A stretch of DNA of 32,000 nucleotides. Source: Halanaerobium saccharolyticum (GTDB taxonomy: Bacteria > Bacillota > Halanaerobiia > Halanaerobiales > Halanaerobiaceae). This document shows positions 18,304 through 26,538 of the stretch, one piece after another (position 1 is the stretch's first letter; each line of letters starts with the position of its first letter). The stretch spans positions 26,152-58,151 of the forward strand of contig NZ_QLME01000001.1 in the NCBI RefSeq assembly GCF_003259895.1, written 5' to 3'. Below the pieces are notes generated by a model. That model was not told where the DNA came from, ran no database searches, and was given only the letters and a program-made list of their open reading frames with translations. The translations under genes were made by a program, and so were the position numbers.

Positions 18304-18327
18304 TCCCGTTTTTTGTTAGACTTTACT

Positions 18328-18684
18328 TTAGTTTAAAATGTTCTTTAATAAAAGAGTCACAGCTTTTTCTAAATGATCTGAAGTAAAACCAAAAGCAACT
18401 TTTCCTGCTTCAAGTTCTTCAACTATTTTTTCCTCTTTAGGTGGCTTAGCAGGCATTGAAATCGTAGCGCATTTAGTGCTGCTCAAGATTGCCATGGCCA
18501 TTCCTAATGCTCCTCCACCACCGGTATGACAGGCACCAAAATAATAATCAGCTTTTCCCTGCTTAATTGTATTCGCCGCTTTAATATCATCCATGATCTC
18601 TACCTCTACTTGATCACCGGCAATTTCTTTAATTTTTTTAGCAATTTTTTGTTTGTCAACCTGACCGCCTACAACTATCTTCAT
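18328..18684 (-). CDS. yhfU: YhfU-like protein (DUF2620)
   Basis: 118 aa 'MKIVVGGQVDKQKIAKKIKE...GKADYYFGACHTGGGGALGMAMAIL...'; adjacent to yhfT, overlaps the preceding gene by 1 nt. Confidence 0.8.
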   Translation of the reverse strand: MKIVVGGQVDKQKIAKKIKEIAGDQVEVEIMDDIKAANTIKQGKADYYFGACHTGGGGALGMAMAILSSTKCATISMPAKPPKEEKIVEELEAGKVAFGFTSDHLEKAVTLLLKNILN

Positions 18685-19058
18685 TATTTATTCCCCCCCT
18701 CTTTTTTTATTAAATTACCAAAATGTAAAACTAAATAATTTTTTTCTCCAGCTGGAATTTCAATTTCGGTTTCAGCTTCAATTTGCTCTATAAAATCCAT
18801 ACAGTCAGAATAAAATTTTTCTTTTTTTAACTCTGCTAAAACCATCTCATTTAAATCTTCTACTTCTTCACCTTTTTTTATCCTCATCAGAGCCATCGGT
18901 AAATGGGTTACCAGCATTGCTGCATTCTCATTTTTTAATTCTAAATTAAAATCTGATTCAAACTTTTTCAATAAACTTTCTATCTTTTTCTTTAGTTCTG
19001 TTTCCAGTTGATCACCTTCAACTAAAATCTCTAATCTCTGTTTTAATTTAGGATCCAT
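18684..19058 (-). CDS. yhfY: YhfY-like stand-alone PRD-domain protein
   Basis: 124 aa with PRD-like histidine contexts 'AAMLVTHLPMALMRIKKGEEVE' and 'NYLVLHFGNLIKK'; located between yhfZ and yhfU. Confidence 0.75.
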   Translation of the reverse strand: MDPKLKQRLEILVEGDQLETELKKKIESLLKKFESDFNLELKNENAAMLVTHLPMALMRIKKGEEVEDLNEMVLAELKKEKFYSDCMDFIEQIEAETEIEIPAGEKNYLVLHFGNLIKKEGGNK

Positions 19059-19068
19059 TCTCTTCCTC

Positions 19069-20004
19069 CTAATACTCAGGAATTAATTTGTGATTATATA
19101 CTTCTTTTTGAGCTTTAATTACCTCTTCAGGATCAATTGTCTTGGCTAAAATCCTCTTAATCATTCTGCTGTTTTTATTAACCAAAATTACCGCATTACT
19201 GATATCTTTATTTTTGGCAGTCGATTTATCATTCTGCAGTTCAGTAAAGTTTATATTATCAAGGTCTTTAATCTCATCATAATTCCAGACTGCTGCATCT
19301 ATAGTTTTATTTTTTATATGCTCCATTATTTTCATGTAGGTCAATTCTATAAATTCTACATCCTGATTTTGACATTCCAGCTTTGTTAGTATCTTATGAT
19401 CAATAGAAGTTGAATCAAGTCCAACTTTCATCCCATTTTCAATTTTTGCAGCTTCCGGATCCGAAAAAACTATCACATGTTTAGAAAGATAGGTACCCGG
19501 TCCAAATTCACAAAAAAGTTCAAATTGATCCCGATCTTCATGATTCTGGGCAGCAAATTTAGATAAAACAATAAAATCATATTTATCATCTTTTAAGACA
19601 TTCAATCGTTTTTCCGCACCTCTGGTATAGGCAATACTGTAATTAAAATCTGCTTTTTTAAACTCCTGATTTAATCCAGTTGCCAGCCCCTCATAACGCA
19701 GAGAATAAGGCAGTGGTAAAAGTCCCATTATCATTCCTAAATCTGCAATTTCCCAGAGCAGGTGATAATCTAAATCAAGAATATAGCTGCCTAAATGTCC
19801 TTTTGATTCCAGCTCTACAGCCTGATGTTCAGTTAAAAATGATATTGCAGACTGGATAGTGCCTCGTCCGGTGTTATAGCGCTCCGCATAACCACTAATT
19901 GTATCAATTCTTTCGCCTTTGTTTTTTAAGAAAAAATCCCGGGCCAGCATTGAAGTTATGAAGCCGATTTTTGACATCATTTTGCTCTTTATTTCAGAAA
20001 CCAT
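19069..20004 (-). CDS. yhfZ: YhfZ-like transcriptional regulator (GntR-like winged HTH plus binding domain)
   Basis: 311 aa; N-terminal 'RIDTISGYAERYNTGRGTIQSAISFLTEHQAVELESKGHLGSYI' wHTH, C-terminal periplasmic-binding-protein-like region; first gene of the cluster, GGAGG upstream. Confidence 0.83.
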   Translation of the reverse strand: MVSEIKSKMMSKIGFITSMLARDFFLKNKGERIDTISGYAERYNTGRGTIQSAISFLTEHQAVELESKGHLGSYILDLDYHLLWEIADLGMIMGLLPLPYSLRYEGLATGLNQEFKKADFNYSIAYTRGAEKRLNVLKDDKYDFIVLSKFAAQNHEDRDQFELFCEFGPGTYLSKHVIVFSDPEAAKIENGMKVGLDSTSIDHKILTKLECQNQDVEFIELTYMKIMEHIKNKTIDAAVWNYDEIKDLDNINFTELQNDKSTAKNKDISNAVILVNKNSRMIKRILAKTIDPEEVIKAQKEVYNHKLIPEY

Positions 20005-20020
20005 TTAATTCCTCCTTTTT

Positions 20021-20082
20021 AATATACAATTTTCTGTACAATAGAATAAAAATAAAATACAATGTACTGTATTCTGTATATT
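20021..20082. promoter_or_regulatory. Repeat-rich putative operator for the yhf-type cluster
   Basis: Inner repeat AATACA-atgtac-TGTATT (20056-20073), outer imperfect repeat aatatacaattttctgtac (20021-20039)/gtactgtattctgtatatt (20064-20082), and several TGTAC/TGTAT half-sites, directly downstream of the -10. Confidence 0.55.
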
Positions 20083-20111
20083 AGTTTAGCATAAGATTTA
20101 AAATTTTGCAA
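20083..20111 (-). promoter_or_regulatory. Putative sigma-A promoter of the yhf-type cluster
   Basis: Minus strand TTGCAA (20106-20111)-17 nt-TAAACT (20083-20088) with a TGC extended -10. Confidence 0.55.
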
Positions 20112-20130
20112 CTATTAATCTAAGTTATCT

Positions 20131-20163
20131 AAAAACTGCAGCCCATAACTGCCTGAGCTGCAG
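20131..20163 (-). terminator. Rho-independent terminator downstream of the nagB-like gene
   Basis: Minus strand CTGCAGC-loop-GCTGCAG followed by TTTTT. Confidence 0.65.
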
Positions 20164-20201
20164 CCATTACAATCTTAAAATCATTTATTTAAACTCATAT
20201 T

Positions 20202-20939
20202 TTATAACAATTTAGCCGAATCTTCATCTAAAAAGACATCTGTACTTTTATGCTCTTTTAAAATTGAGGCAGGACAGTCAACTGTAACTTCATCACCAGC
20301 TAAACAATTCTTAACTGCCTCAGCTTTTCTGGCGCCGGGTACTGTGCAGATAATATTTTCGGACTTCATAATTTGTTTAACTGTCATCGTAATCGCATTT
20401 TTTGGAACATCAGCAATAGTCTCAAACCAGCCTTCTTTAACCTGCTGTTTTCTGGAAACATCATCCAGCTCAACAATAATAAATGGATCCTCTTCTTCAA
20501 AATCTGCAGGTGGTTCATTAAAAGCCAGATGACCATTTTCACCTATGCCAACAAATGCAGCCTGAATTTTATCTTCTTCCTTAATTTTTTGATTTAAGCT
20601 CTGACATTCTTTTTCCGGATCATTCATCCCATCTATTAAGTTAATTTCTTTTAATTCACCAACTTCAGAGATAAAGTTTTCTTTAATATATTTTCTAAAA
20701 CTAGCCTTATGAGTTTCGTCTAGCCCGAGATATTCATCTAAATGATAAAGTTTAGTTTTGGACCAATCTATATCATCGAATTCTACTAATTCAGCTAAAA
20801 AATCAAGTTGAGAATTACCGGTAGCGATGATAAATACTGCTTCCCCATCTTTTTCGATGCTTTCAATCAAAATTTCTCTAGCTCTTTCTGCGGCGTATTT
20901 ACTTGTTGTTTTTTTGTCCTGATAAACATTTATTTTCAT
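20202..20939 (-). CDS. nagB: Glucosamine-6-phosphate deaminase family protein
   Basis: 245 aa; 'FIIATGNSQLDFLAEL', 'KLYHLDEYLGL', 'AAFVGIGENGHLAFNEPPADF', 'ITMTVKQIMKSENIICTVPGARKAEAV'. Confidence 0.85.
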   Translation of the reverse strand: MKINVYQDKKTTSKYAAERAREILIESIEKDGEAVFIIATGNSQLDFLAELVEFDDIDWSKTKLYHLDEYLGLDETHKASFRKYIKENFISEVGELKEINLIDGMNDPEKECQSLNQKIKEEDKIQAAFVGIGENGHLAFNEPPADFEEEDPFIIVELDDVSRKQQVKEGWFETIADVPKNAITMTVKQIMKSENIICTVPGARKAEAVKNCLAGDEVTVDCPASILKEHKSTDVFLDEDSAKLL

Positions 20940-21074
20940 TTTTTGTTTCCTCCTAAGAAGATTGTATGGCTTAAATTTTTAGACTTAATTTATATTTCAC
21001 GGTCAGTATTACTCTCCCTGCATTTTAGAAAATATTTTTAAACTTATTAAATCCTTAAATTGCAATGATAAAAA

Positions 21075-21109
21075 TCCTGCCGTTTTTAAAATTACTTAAA
21101 ACAGCAGGA
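21075..21109 (-). terminator. Rho-independent terminator of the sugar-acid operon
   Basis: tcctgccgtttt...aaaacagcagga hairpin; the minus-strand transcript continues into TTTT(T). Confidence 0.65.
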
Positions 21110-21195
21110 CTCTAGTTACTATTTAATTAGATTTATTAACAACACCCAGGCCGCAATTTGATTTCAGGACTTATTCTTTATATTTTATATCAGCT

Positions 21196-21834
21196 CTAAA
21201 CTTCTCTGGCCTTTGCTATTTTTTCAACAAAAGCCGCCGCAGTTTGAGTCACTTTATCAAAATCTCCAGTTTTGGCACCAGCAGTAAGGGAACTGCCAAC
21301 TCCAACCGCTGCACTTCCGGCCTTAATCCATTCTGCAACATTATCCAGACTAACTCCTCCAGTAGGCAGCAGTGGTGCCTGGGGTACTGGTCCTTTAATT
21401 GCTTTGATGATCTTTGGTCCAAAAAGCGAGGCCGGGAAAATTTTAACTAAATCAGCACCCGCTTCCATAGCTTTTACTACCTCAGTTACTGTCATTGCTC
21501 CCGGGATTACAGGCTTCTGATATCTATTAGCTAACTTAACCATCTCCTCATTAAAAGAGGGACTGACAATGTATTCCGCCCCTGCCAGAATACAGGTTCT
21601 AGCAGTTTCGGCATCCAGAACAGAACCAGCTCCTATTATGATCTCCTCTCCCTCAAATTCTTTACTTAATTCAGAGATAACATCCACCGCTCCGGGAACT
21701 GTCATGGTGATTTCCAGACCTTTTATTCCTCCTTTTTTGACTGCCCGCGCAATCTTGACTGCCTCATCTCCATTTTGAGCTCTAATCACAGCAACGATAC
21801 CTGTTTCCTGCAGTTTATTAATTGTATTCATCAT
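21196..21834 (-). CDS. eda: 2-dehydro-3-deoxy-phosphogluconate/KDG aldolase family protein (Eda-like)
   Basis: 'TGIVAVIRAQNGDEAVKIARAVKKGGIKGLEITMTVPGA', 'GAGSVLDAETARTCILAGAEYIVSP', 'KIFPASLFGPKIIKAIKGPVPQAPLLPTGGV'. Track ORF starts at 21882; GGAAGG supports ATG at 21834. Confidence 0.9.
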   Translation of the reverse strand: MMNTINKLQETGIVAVIRAQNGDEAVKIARAVKKGGIKGLEITMTVPGAVDVISELSKEFEGEEIIIGAGSVLDAETARTCILAGAEYIVSPSFNEEMVKLANRYQKPVIPGAMTVTEVVKAMEAGADLVKIFPASLFGPKIIKAIKGPVPQAPLLPTGGVSLDNVAEWIKAGSAAVGVGSSLTAGAKTGDFDKVTQTAAAFVEKIAKAREV

Positions 21835-23287
21835 AATCATCCTTCCGCTTAGTTTTTTGATACCAGTATTTATACTTCTCAAACCGCGACTGATAAAATT
21901 GATGCCGCTCTAAATTAAAATCGATAACTTTACCAGCTTCTGGCTGATAATTACTTAAATCTTTAATTTCTCCCAGAGCCTTTAGCCCCAGGATTATTGA
22001 TCCCATCGTCGAAGAATCTTTAAATTCCGATACAATCATTTTTCTTCCAAAAATATCGGCAGCCATCTGCAGCCACTTCTCAGAATTTGTAATACCACCA
22101 GAAATCCTTATTTTTTCCGGTTTTAAACCCATTTCTTCAATAATTAAATAGGACTGGTAAAGGTTGAATAAAACTCCTTCCAGAATTGAATAATATAAGT
22201 CGGCAGATAAATGGCTGCCTTTCAGCTCACAGAACTGGGCTTTTCGCTTATCCTGCCAGCCGGGACATCGCTCACCATAAATAAAAGGCAAAAAAATTGG
22301 AGCTTTATTTTTGTTTACATCTTTGAGAGAGTTTTCTAATTCCATGAAGTTAGAATCATTTTCTTTTATCTTATTTTTAAACCACTGAGTACAGTTGCCG
22401 GCCCCAGAAGTAGCTGCCCCGACTATCCTTTTTCCTTCAGCCCCATAATAGCACCAGGTAGCTGGTGCAGACGGAATTTTAGCTTTACTGGATGTAACCC
22501 GCAGGGCCCCGCTGGTGCCAACCGAGAGGGTCATCAGCTTAGATTTTAAACCACCTGCCGCTATCTGATTAAGAGCTCCATCTGGTCCGGGAATTAAGAC
22601 AGGCAACCCAGGTTTTAAGCCAAGTTTTAGCGCCGCTTTTTTAGTTAAGCCAGCCTGATAATTAAGTTTTTTTAGTGGTGATAACTGTTTGGCTGAAAGA
22701 CCGGCAAAATCAAGTATTTCCTGGTCCCAGCTGAGATCATGAATATTAAAGATCCCTGTTCCCGAAGCTGATGCTAGAGAAATTGCCCGGCTTTTAGTTA
22801 ATTTCTCAAAAATATATTCTGGTTTAGATGAAAGATAGATTTGATCCACTTTAAAGCTGCTTTTATCTAAATTCATAAACTTCCAGAGAGGATAAATACT
22901 GTGCACAGGACAGCCTGTTTTTTGATATATCTTTTGAGCTAATTTTTTCTTTTTTCTGTACTTTGACACTGTCTCACCGGCAGAGGTATCAGCCCAGGTT
23001 AAAATCTCAGTCAGGGGCTTTCTATCCTGATCTAAAAGCAGGAAGCTGTGCCAGGTGCTGACCAGAGTTATTAATTCTATCTTGTTTTTTTCTGCCTGAG
23101 TCAGATCATTAATTAACTGCACAGCAGTCTTGATAATAAAATTATATAAAAGCTGGGCTGACTGCCTTTCCATATCTCCAGTCGTCTGCTCATAATTTTT
23201 GCTTAGATTTTTAATAATTCCCTTTGCCCGGGAAAACAGTGTCACTTTAACAGCTGAAGTACTAAACTCCAGAGCCAGAATGTACAT
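21818..23287 (-). CDS. FGGY-family carbohydrate kinase (gluconate/xylulose kinase-like)
   Basis: 'YILALEFSTSAVKVTLF', 'LPVLIPGPDGALNQIAAGGL', 'TLSVGTSGALRVTS', 'ERCPGWQ', 'KIRISGGITNSEKWLQMAADIFGRKM'. Confidence 0.88.
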   Translation of the reverse strand: MYILALEFSTSAVKVTLFSRAKGIIKNLSKNYEQTTGDMERQSAQLLYNFIIKTAVQLINDLTQAEKNKIELITLVSTWHSFLLLDQDRKPLTEILTWADTSAGETVSKYRKKKKLAQKIYQKTGCPVHSIYPLWKFMNLDKSSFKVDQIYLSSKPEYIFEKLTKSRAISLASASGTGIFNIHDLSWDQEILDFAGLSAKQLSPLKKLNYQAGLTKKAALKLGLKPGLPVLIPGPDGALNQIAAGGLKSKLMTLSVGTSGALRVTSSKAKIPSAPATWCYYGAEGKRIVGAATSGAGNCTQWFKNKIKENDSNFMELENSLKDVNKNKAPIFLPFIYGERCPGWQDKRKAQFCELKGSHLSADLYYSILEGVLFNLYQSYLIIEEMGLKPEKIRISGGITNSEKWLQMAADIFGRKMIVSEFKDSSTMGSIILGLKALGEIKDLSNYQPEAGKVIDFNLERHQFYQSRFEKYKYWYQKTKRKDDYDEYN

Positions 23288-23311
23288 TTTTTACCTCCTC
23301 AAATATCAATA

Positions 23312-24127
23312 TTAAACTCCAGAGTAAGCTGCAAAGCCGCCGTCAATTGGGATAATCGAACCATTTACAAAAGAAGAGGCATCTGAGGCCAGCCAGATTA
23401 CAGCTCCTATTAATTCTTCCGGACTGCCGTAGCGGTTCATTGGCGTATTATTTTTAATCTTTTTACCTCTTGCGGTTTCCTCGCCGGTTTCCTGATCAAT
23501 CAGTAAATACTTGTTTTGAGTTGTTAGTAAAAAGCCGGGAGCAATTGCATTTACTCTTATTTTTTCCGAAATATTTTGATTTAGATAAACCGCAAGCCAC
23601 TGGGTAAAATTACTGACAGCAGCCTTAGCTGCAGAATAAGCAATGGTTTTAGTCAGGGGACTGATAGCTGCCATCGAAGAAATATTTATAATACTCCCCT
23701 TCTCATTATTTGCAATTTCTTTTCCAAAAACCTGAGAAGTTAAAACAGTGCCTAAAAAATTAAGATTAAAGACCCATTTTATGGCATCCTCAGGCAGATC
23801 AAAAAAATCAAGCTCTTCACTGGTAGTTGCTTCTTTTTTATTACCGCCTGCCCCATTGATCAGAATATCCACTCTGCCAAATTCAGCTAACACTTCCTCT
23901 CTGGCATTTTTTAGACTCTCTTTATTTAAAACATCAGTTTTGACAGCTAAAACCTCACCGCCATTTTCTTTAATCTCAGCTGCTATCTCCAGGGCAGGCT
24001 CCAGATTAATATCTAAAAGTCCTATTTTCGCTCCCTGTTGAGCAAGTTCCAGCGCAATTTTGCTGCCTAAAACTCCACCGGCACCGGTTATTACCGCAAC
24101 TTGATCTTTAATATCAAAAATATCCAT
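23312..24127 (-). CDS. SDR-family oxidoreductase, similar to the SDR D-mannonate oxidoreductase type
   Basis: 'VAVITGAGGVLGSKIALELAQQGAKIGLLDIN', 'INISSMAAISPLTKTIAYSAAKAAVSNFTQWLAVYL', 'RVNAIAPGFLLTTQNKYLL'; Rossmann plus YxxxK active site. Confidence 0.82.
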   Translation of the reverse strand: MDIFDIKDQVAVITGAGGVLGSKIALELAQQGAKIGLLDINLEPALEIAAEIKENGGEVLAVKTDVLNKESLKNAREEVLAEFGRVDILINGAGGNKKEATTSEELDFFDLPEDAIKWVFNLNFLGTVLTSQVFGKEIANNEKGSIINISSMAAISPLTKTIAYSAAKAAVSNFTQWLAVYLNQNISEKIRVNAIAPGFLLTTQNKYLLIDQETGEETARGKKIKNNTPMNRYGSPEELIGAVIWLASDASSFVNGSIIPIDGGFAAYSGV

Positions 24128-24250
24128 TTTAAACCTCCTAATTTTCTCGCTAAATTTAATCTGTTATCTCCAATCAATCTTTTCTGAGCCTGAGTCCAGT
24201 CCTCTCCTAATTTCAGGCCAATCATTTGCATCCTAATTCTGGCTAATTTT

Positions 24251-25555
24251 TTATAAATCCCGGGCTGTCCAGAGACCGGTTGTCGGGTTGTCAATATAAA
24301 ATACTCGCTCAGCGTTGATCAAATTATTGAATCCATAATCAAACTGCGAAATTGGGTAGCGGGCAAGTGCTTTATCCAGGGGCAGACAACTGTGATTTAC
24401 CCCCTCTACTTCCTCCCGACTCAATTTATCAGTGGCAAAAGTGACTTTAAACCTGCCCTCAGTTGAGCCATGGATTAAGTGTGCTGCAGCTGATAAATTA
24501 TTTTTTAAATCAGCATTATTCTCGACTTCCTGCCTGATCTGCTCACTACCTCGATATCCATATTTTCTAATTAGCTGATCAACTTCTTCGTATTCTCCAA
24601 ATTCCTTTAAGCCGGGAGCGATTACAATTAGCTCCCCTCCGTCAGCAATAGCCAGTCTGGTTCTATAAATTGCCTTACAGCTTAACCAGGTTGATTTAAA
24701 TTCTTTTTTGTCCATGTAAACAACTACCTTTTCCAGCGGCTCGGAGACTTTAGTTATATTGTGCTTCTGACTTAATTTAACCGCCCACTTAAATATTTCT
24801 TTATCCCGACCAATATAAAGACCCAGCAGATCAGTCGTTCCGGTCTCTTTATTAACTTCGGTAGAATTAACAGTTAAAATATAATCAACATTTACATTTT
24901 TTAAGAAATGTTCTTCTGCATAATCATATAATTTGCGGACAGGAGTCTCCCCTCTGCCAAGTAAACGCTCTATCCCATAAACAGCACCCAGATAGTGAGA
25001 GATATTTATCATTTCTGCGCCACCACAGCCGACAAAAATATTTTTGTTGAAGTTTGACATACCAACAACCCCGTGGGGTAAAACCTGACCAACAGAGATT
25101 ACAAGATCATATTCGTCATTGACCAGTCTTTTATTTATTTTGACTTCAATTGACCTCTGCAGCTTCCCCTCAGAAATATTTTCGACAAAATCAGCGGGGA
25201 TTTCTCCTATTTTCTGAATTTCATTTTTAAAGTCATGAACCAGAAAATTATCAGGTGGAATCTCCTGGCCAAACATATCTCTTATTTCCTGTTCGGTCAT
25301 TGCTTTATGGGTTCCCAGGGCCGGCATAATATCAACTTGATAATCAGCCTGCAAAAGATTATATAATTCCCTGGTCAGTCTACCCGAACCCGAGTGTTTC
25401 CGGGTATAATCAGGTGGTACAATTAATATCCTGTCAATATCAGAAGCAATTTGAGCTGCATATTTCCTTAACAGTTCTTTTTCTTCTGCAGTCGATATTC
25501 TGTTAGAAACAGTTTTTCTTTCCAGGGCGAAACTTTTATTATTAATTTTTAACAC
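24251..25555 (-). CDS. LarA superfamily (DUF2088) protein, putative nickel-pincer-dependent 2-hydroxyacid/aldonate racemase or epimerase
   Basis: 'ILIVPPDYTRKHSGSG', 'DIMPALGTHKAMTEQEI', 'YDLVISVGQVLPHGVVGMSNFNKNIFVGCGGAEMINISHYLGA': LarA-like DxTR, GTH and pH..G motifs. Confidence 0.82.
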   Translation of the reverse strand: MLKINNKSFALERKTVSNRISTAEEKELLRKYAAQIASDIDRILIVPPDYTRKHSGSGRLTRELYNLLQADYQVDIMPALGTHKAMTEQEIRDMFGQEIPPDNFLVHDFKNEIQKIGEIPADFVENISEGKLQRSIEVKINKRLVNDEYDLVISVGQVLPHGVVGMSNFNKNIFVGCGGAEMINISHYLGAVYGIERLLGRGETPVRKLYDYAEEHFLKNVNVDYILTVNSTEVNKETGTTDLLGLYIGRDKEIFKWAVKLSQKHNITKVSEPLEKVVVYMDKKEFKSTWLSCKAIYRTRLAIADGGELIVIAPGLKEFGEYEEVDQLIRKYGYRGSEQIRQEVENNADLKNNLSAAAHLIHGSTEGRFKVTFATDKLSREEVEGVNHSCLPLDKALARYPISQFDYGFNNLINAERVFYIDNPTTGLWTARDL

Positions 25556-26492
25556 CTCCTGCTGAATTATTCTCTAACATTGCAATTAAATTTCTGGTGG
25601 CTGCAGCTGCCATTTTCTCCACTGCCTCTTTTGTATTGGCACCCATGTGGGGAGTCAGCAGAAAATTATCAAGTTCTAACAATTGATGTTTACCTGGAGG
25701 TTCTTCCGAAAAAACATCACAGGCTGCTGACTCAAGCTCATTGTTTTTCAGTGCCTGATATAACTCAGCTTCATCAATCAGACCTCCCCGGGAAGTATTG
25801 ACCAGCACAGCATCACCTTTCAGGAGGGAAAGTTCTTTTCTGGAAATGAAATTTTGGGTTTCCTTATTTAAGGGTAAATGCAGCGAAATAAAATCTGCTT
25901 CCTGCAGCAGTCTATCCTTATCCAGCATCTGCAGCTTATATTTTCTGATGAATTGACTATCATCAAAATAGGGGTCATAGACTTTGATAGACTTAAATAT
26001 TCCAGCAGCTCTTTTTACTACTTCTCTGCCAATTTTTCCACAGCCAATTAAACCTAAAGTCTTGTCAGTCAGTTCTACTCCTTTGATCCGCTTCCACTCC
26101 CCTTTTTTTACGCTTTTAACTGCCTGAGGCAAATTACGGGCAGCTGCAAAGATCAGACCCAGAGCTAACTCTGCTACAGAAACATTATTGGTGCCGGGAG
26201 TATTGTCCAGTTTAATGTTTTTCTCTCTGGCAGCTTCCAGATCAATATTATCCATTCCCACCCCATATTTAGAAATTGCTCTGAGATTGGAAGCATTTTC
26301 AATTACCTTGCTGCTGATTGGATCAATACCAATTATGATTCCAACCACATCTTCTGCTAAATTGAGCATCTGTTTTTCAGTAAAAGTTTTTCCGGTATCA
26401 TTAAAAATCGGCTGATAATCTCCCAGCAGCGGCATCATTTTATCTCTAATTTTGTAATATGATTTTGGGGTAATCAAAATTTTTTCTGACAA
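25542..26492 (-). CDS. D-isomer-specific 2-hydroxyacid dehydrogenase (SerA-like)
   Basis: 'LGLIGCGKIGREVVKRA', 'VLVNTSRGGLIDEAEL', 'DVFSEEPP...LLLTPHMGANTKEA'-type pattern; TTG start with AGGAGG. Confidence 0.88.
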   Translation of the reverse strand: MSEKILITPKSYYKIRDKMMPLLGDYQPIFNDTGKTFTEKQMLNLAEDVVGIIIGIDPISSKVIENASNLRAISKYGVGMDNIDLEAAREKNIKLDNTPGTNNVSVAELALGLIFAAARNLPQAVKSVKKGEWKRIKGVELTDKTLGLIGCGKIGREVVKRAAGIFKSIKVYDPYFDDSQFIRKYKLQMLDKDRLLQEADFISLHLPLNKETQNFISRKELSLLKGDAVLVNTSRGGLIDEAELYQALKNNELESAACDVFSEEPPGKHQLLELDNFLLTPHMGANTKEAVEKMAAAATRNLIAMLENNSAGGVKN

Positions 26493-26538
26493 CTTTATTC
26501 CTCCTATAGGTTATTCCATTTGTTTTTCTATTTAATGA

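Noticed and set aside
18020-18738. Plus-strand ORFs opposite yhfT/yhfU/yhfY (99 and 70 aa)
   Set aside because: Antisense shadows of well-supported coding regions with no independent evidence.
21835-21882. N-terminal extension of the Eda-like ORF (MRSINTGIKKLSGR)
   Set aside because: Lies largely within the end of the upstream kinase gene; the ribosome site supports the internal ATG at 21834.
24091-24294. 67-aa minus-strand ORF spanning the LarA-like/SDR gap
   Set aside because: Starts inside the LarA-like 3' end without a ribosome site and overlaps the SDR start; the 120-bp gap itself remains unexplained but I cannot support a gene.
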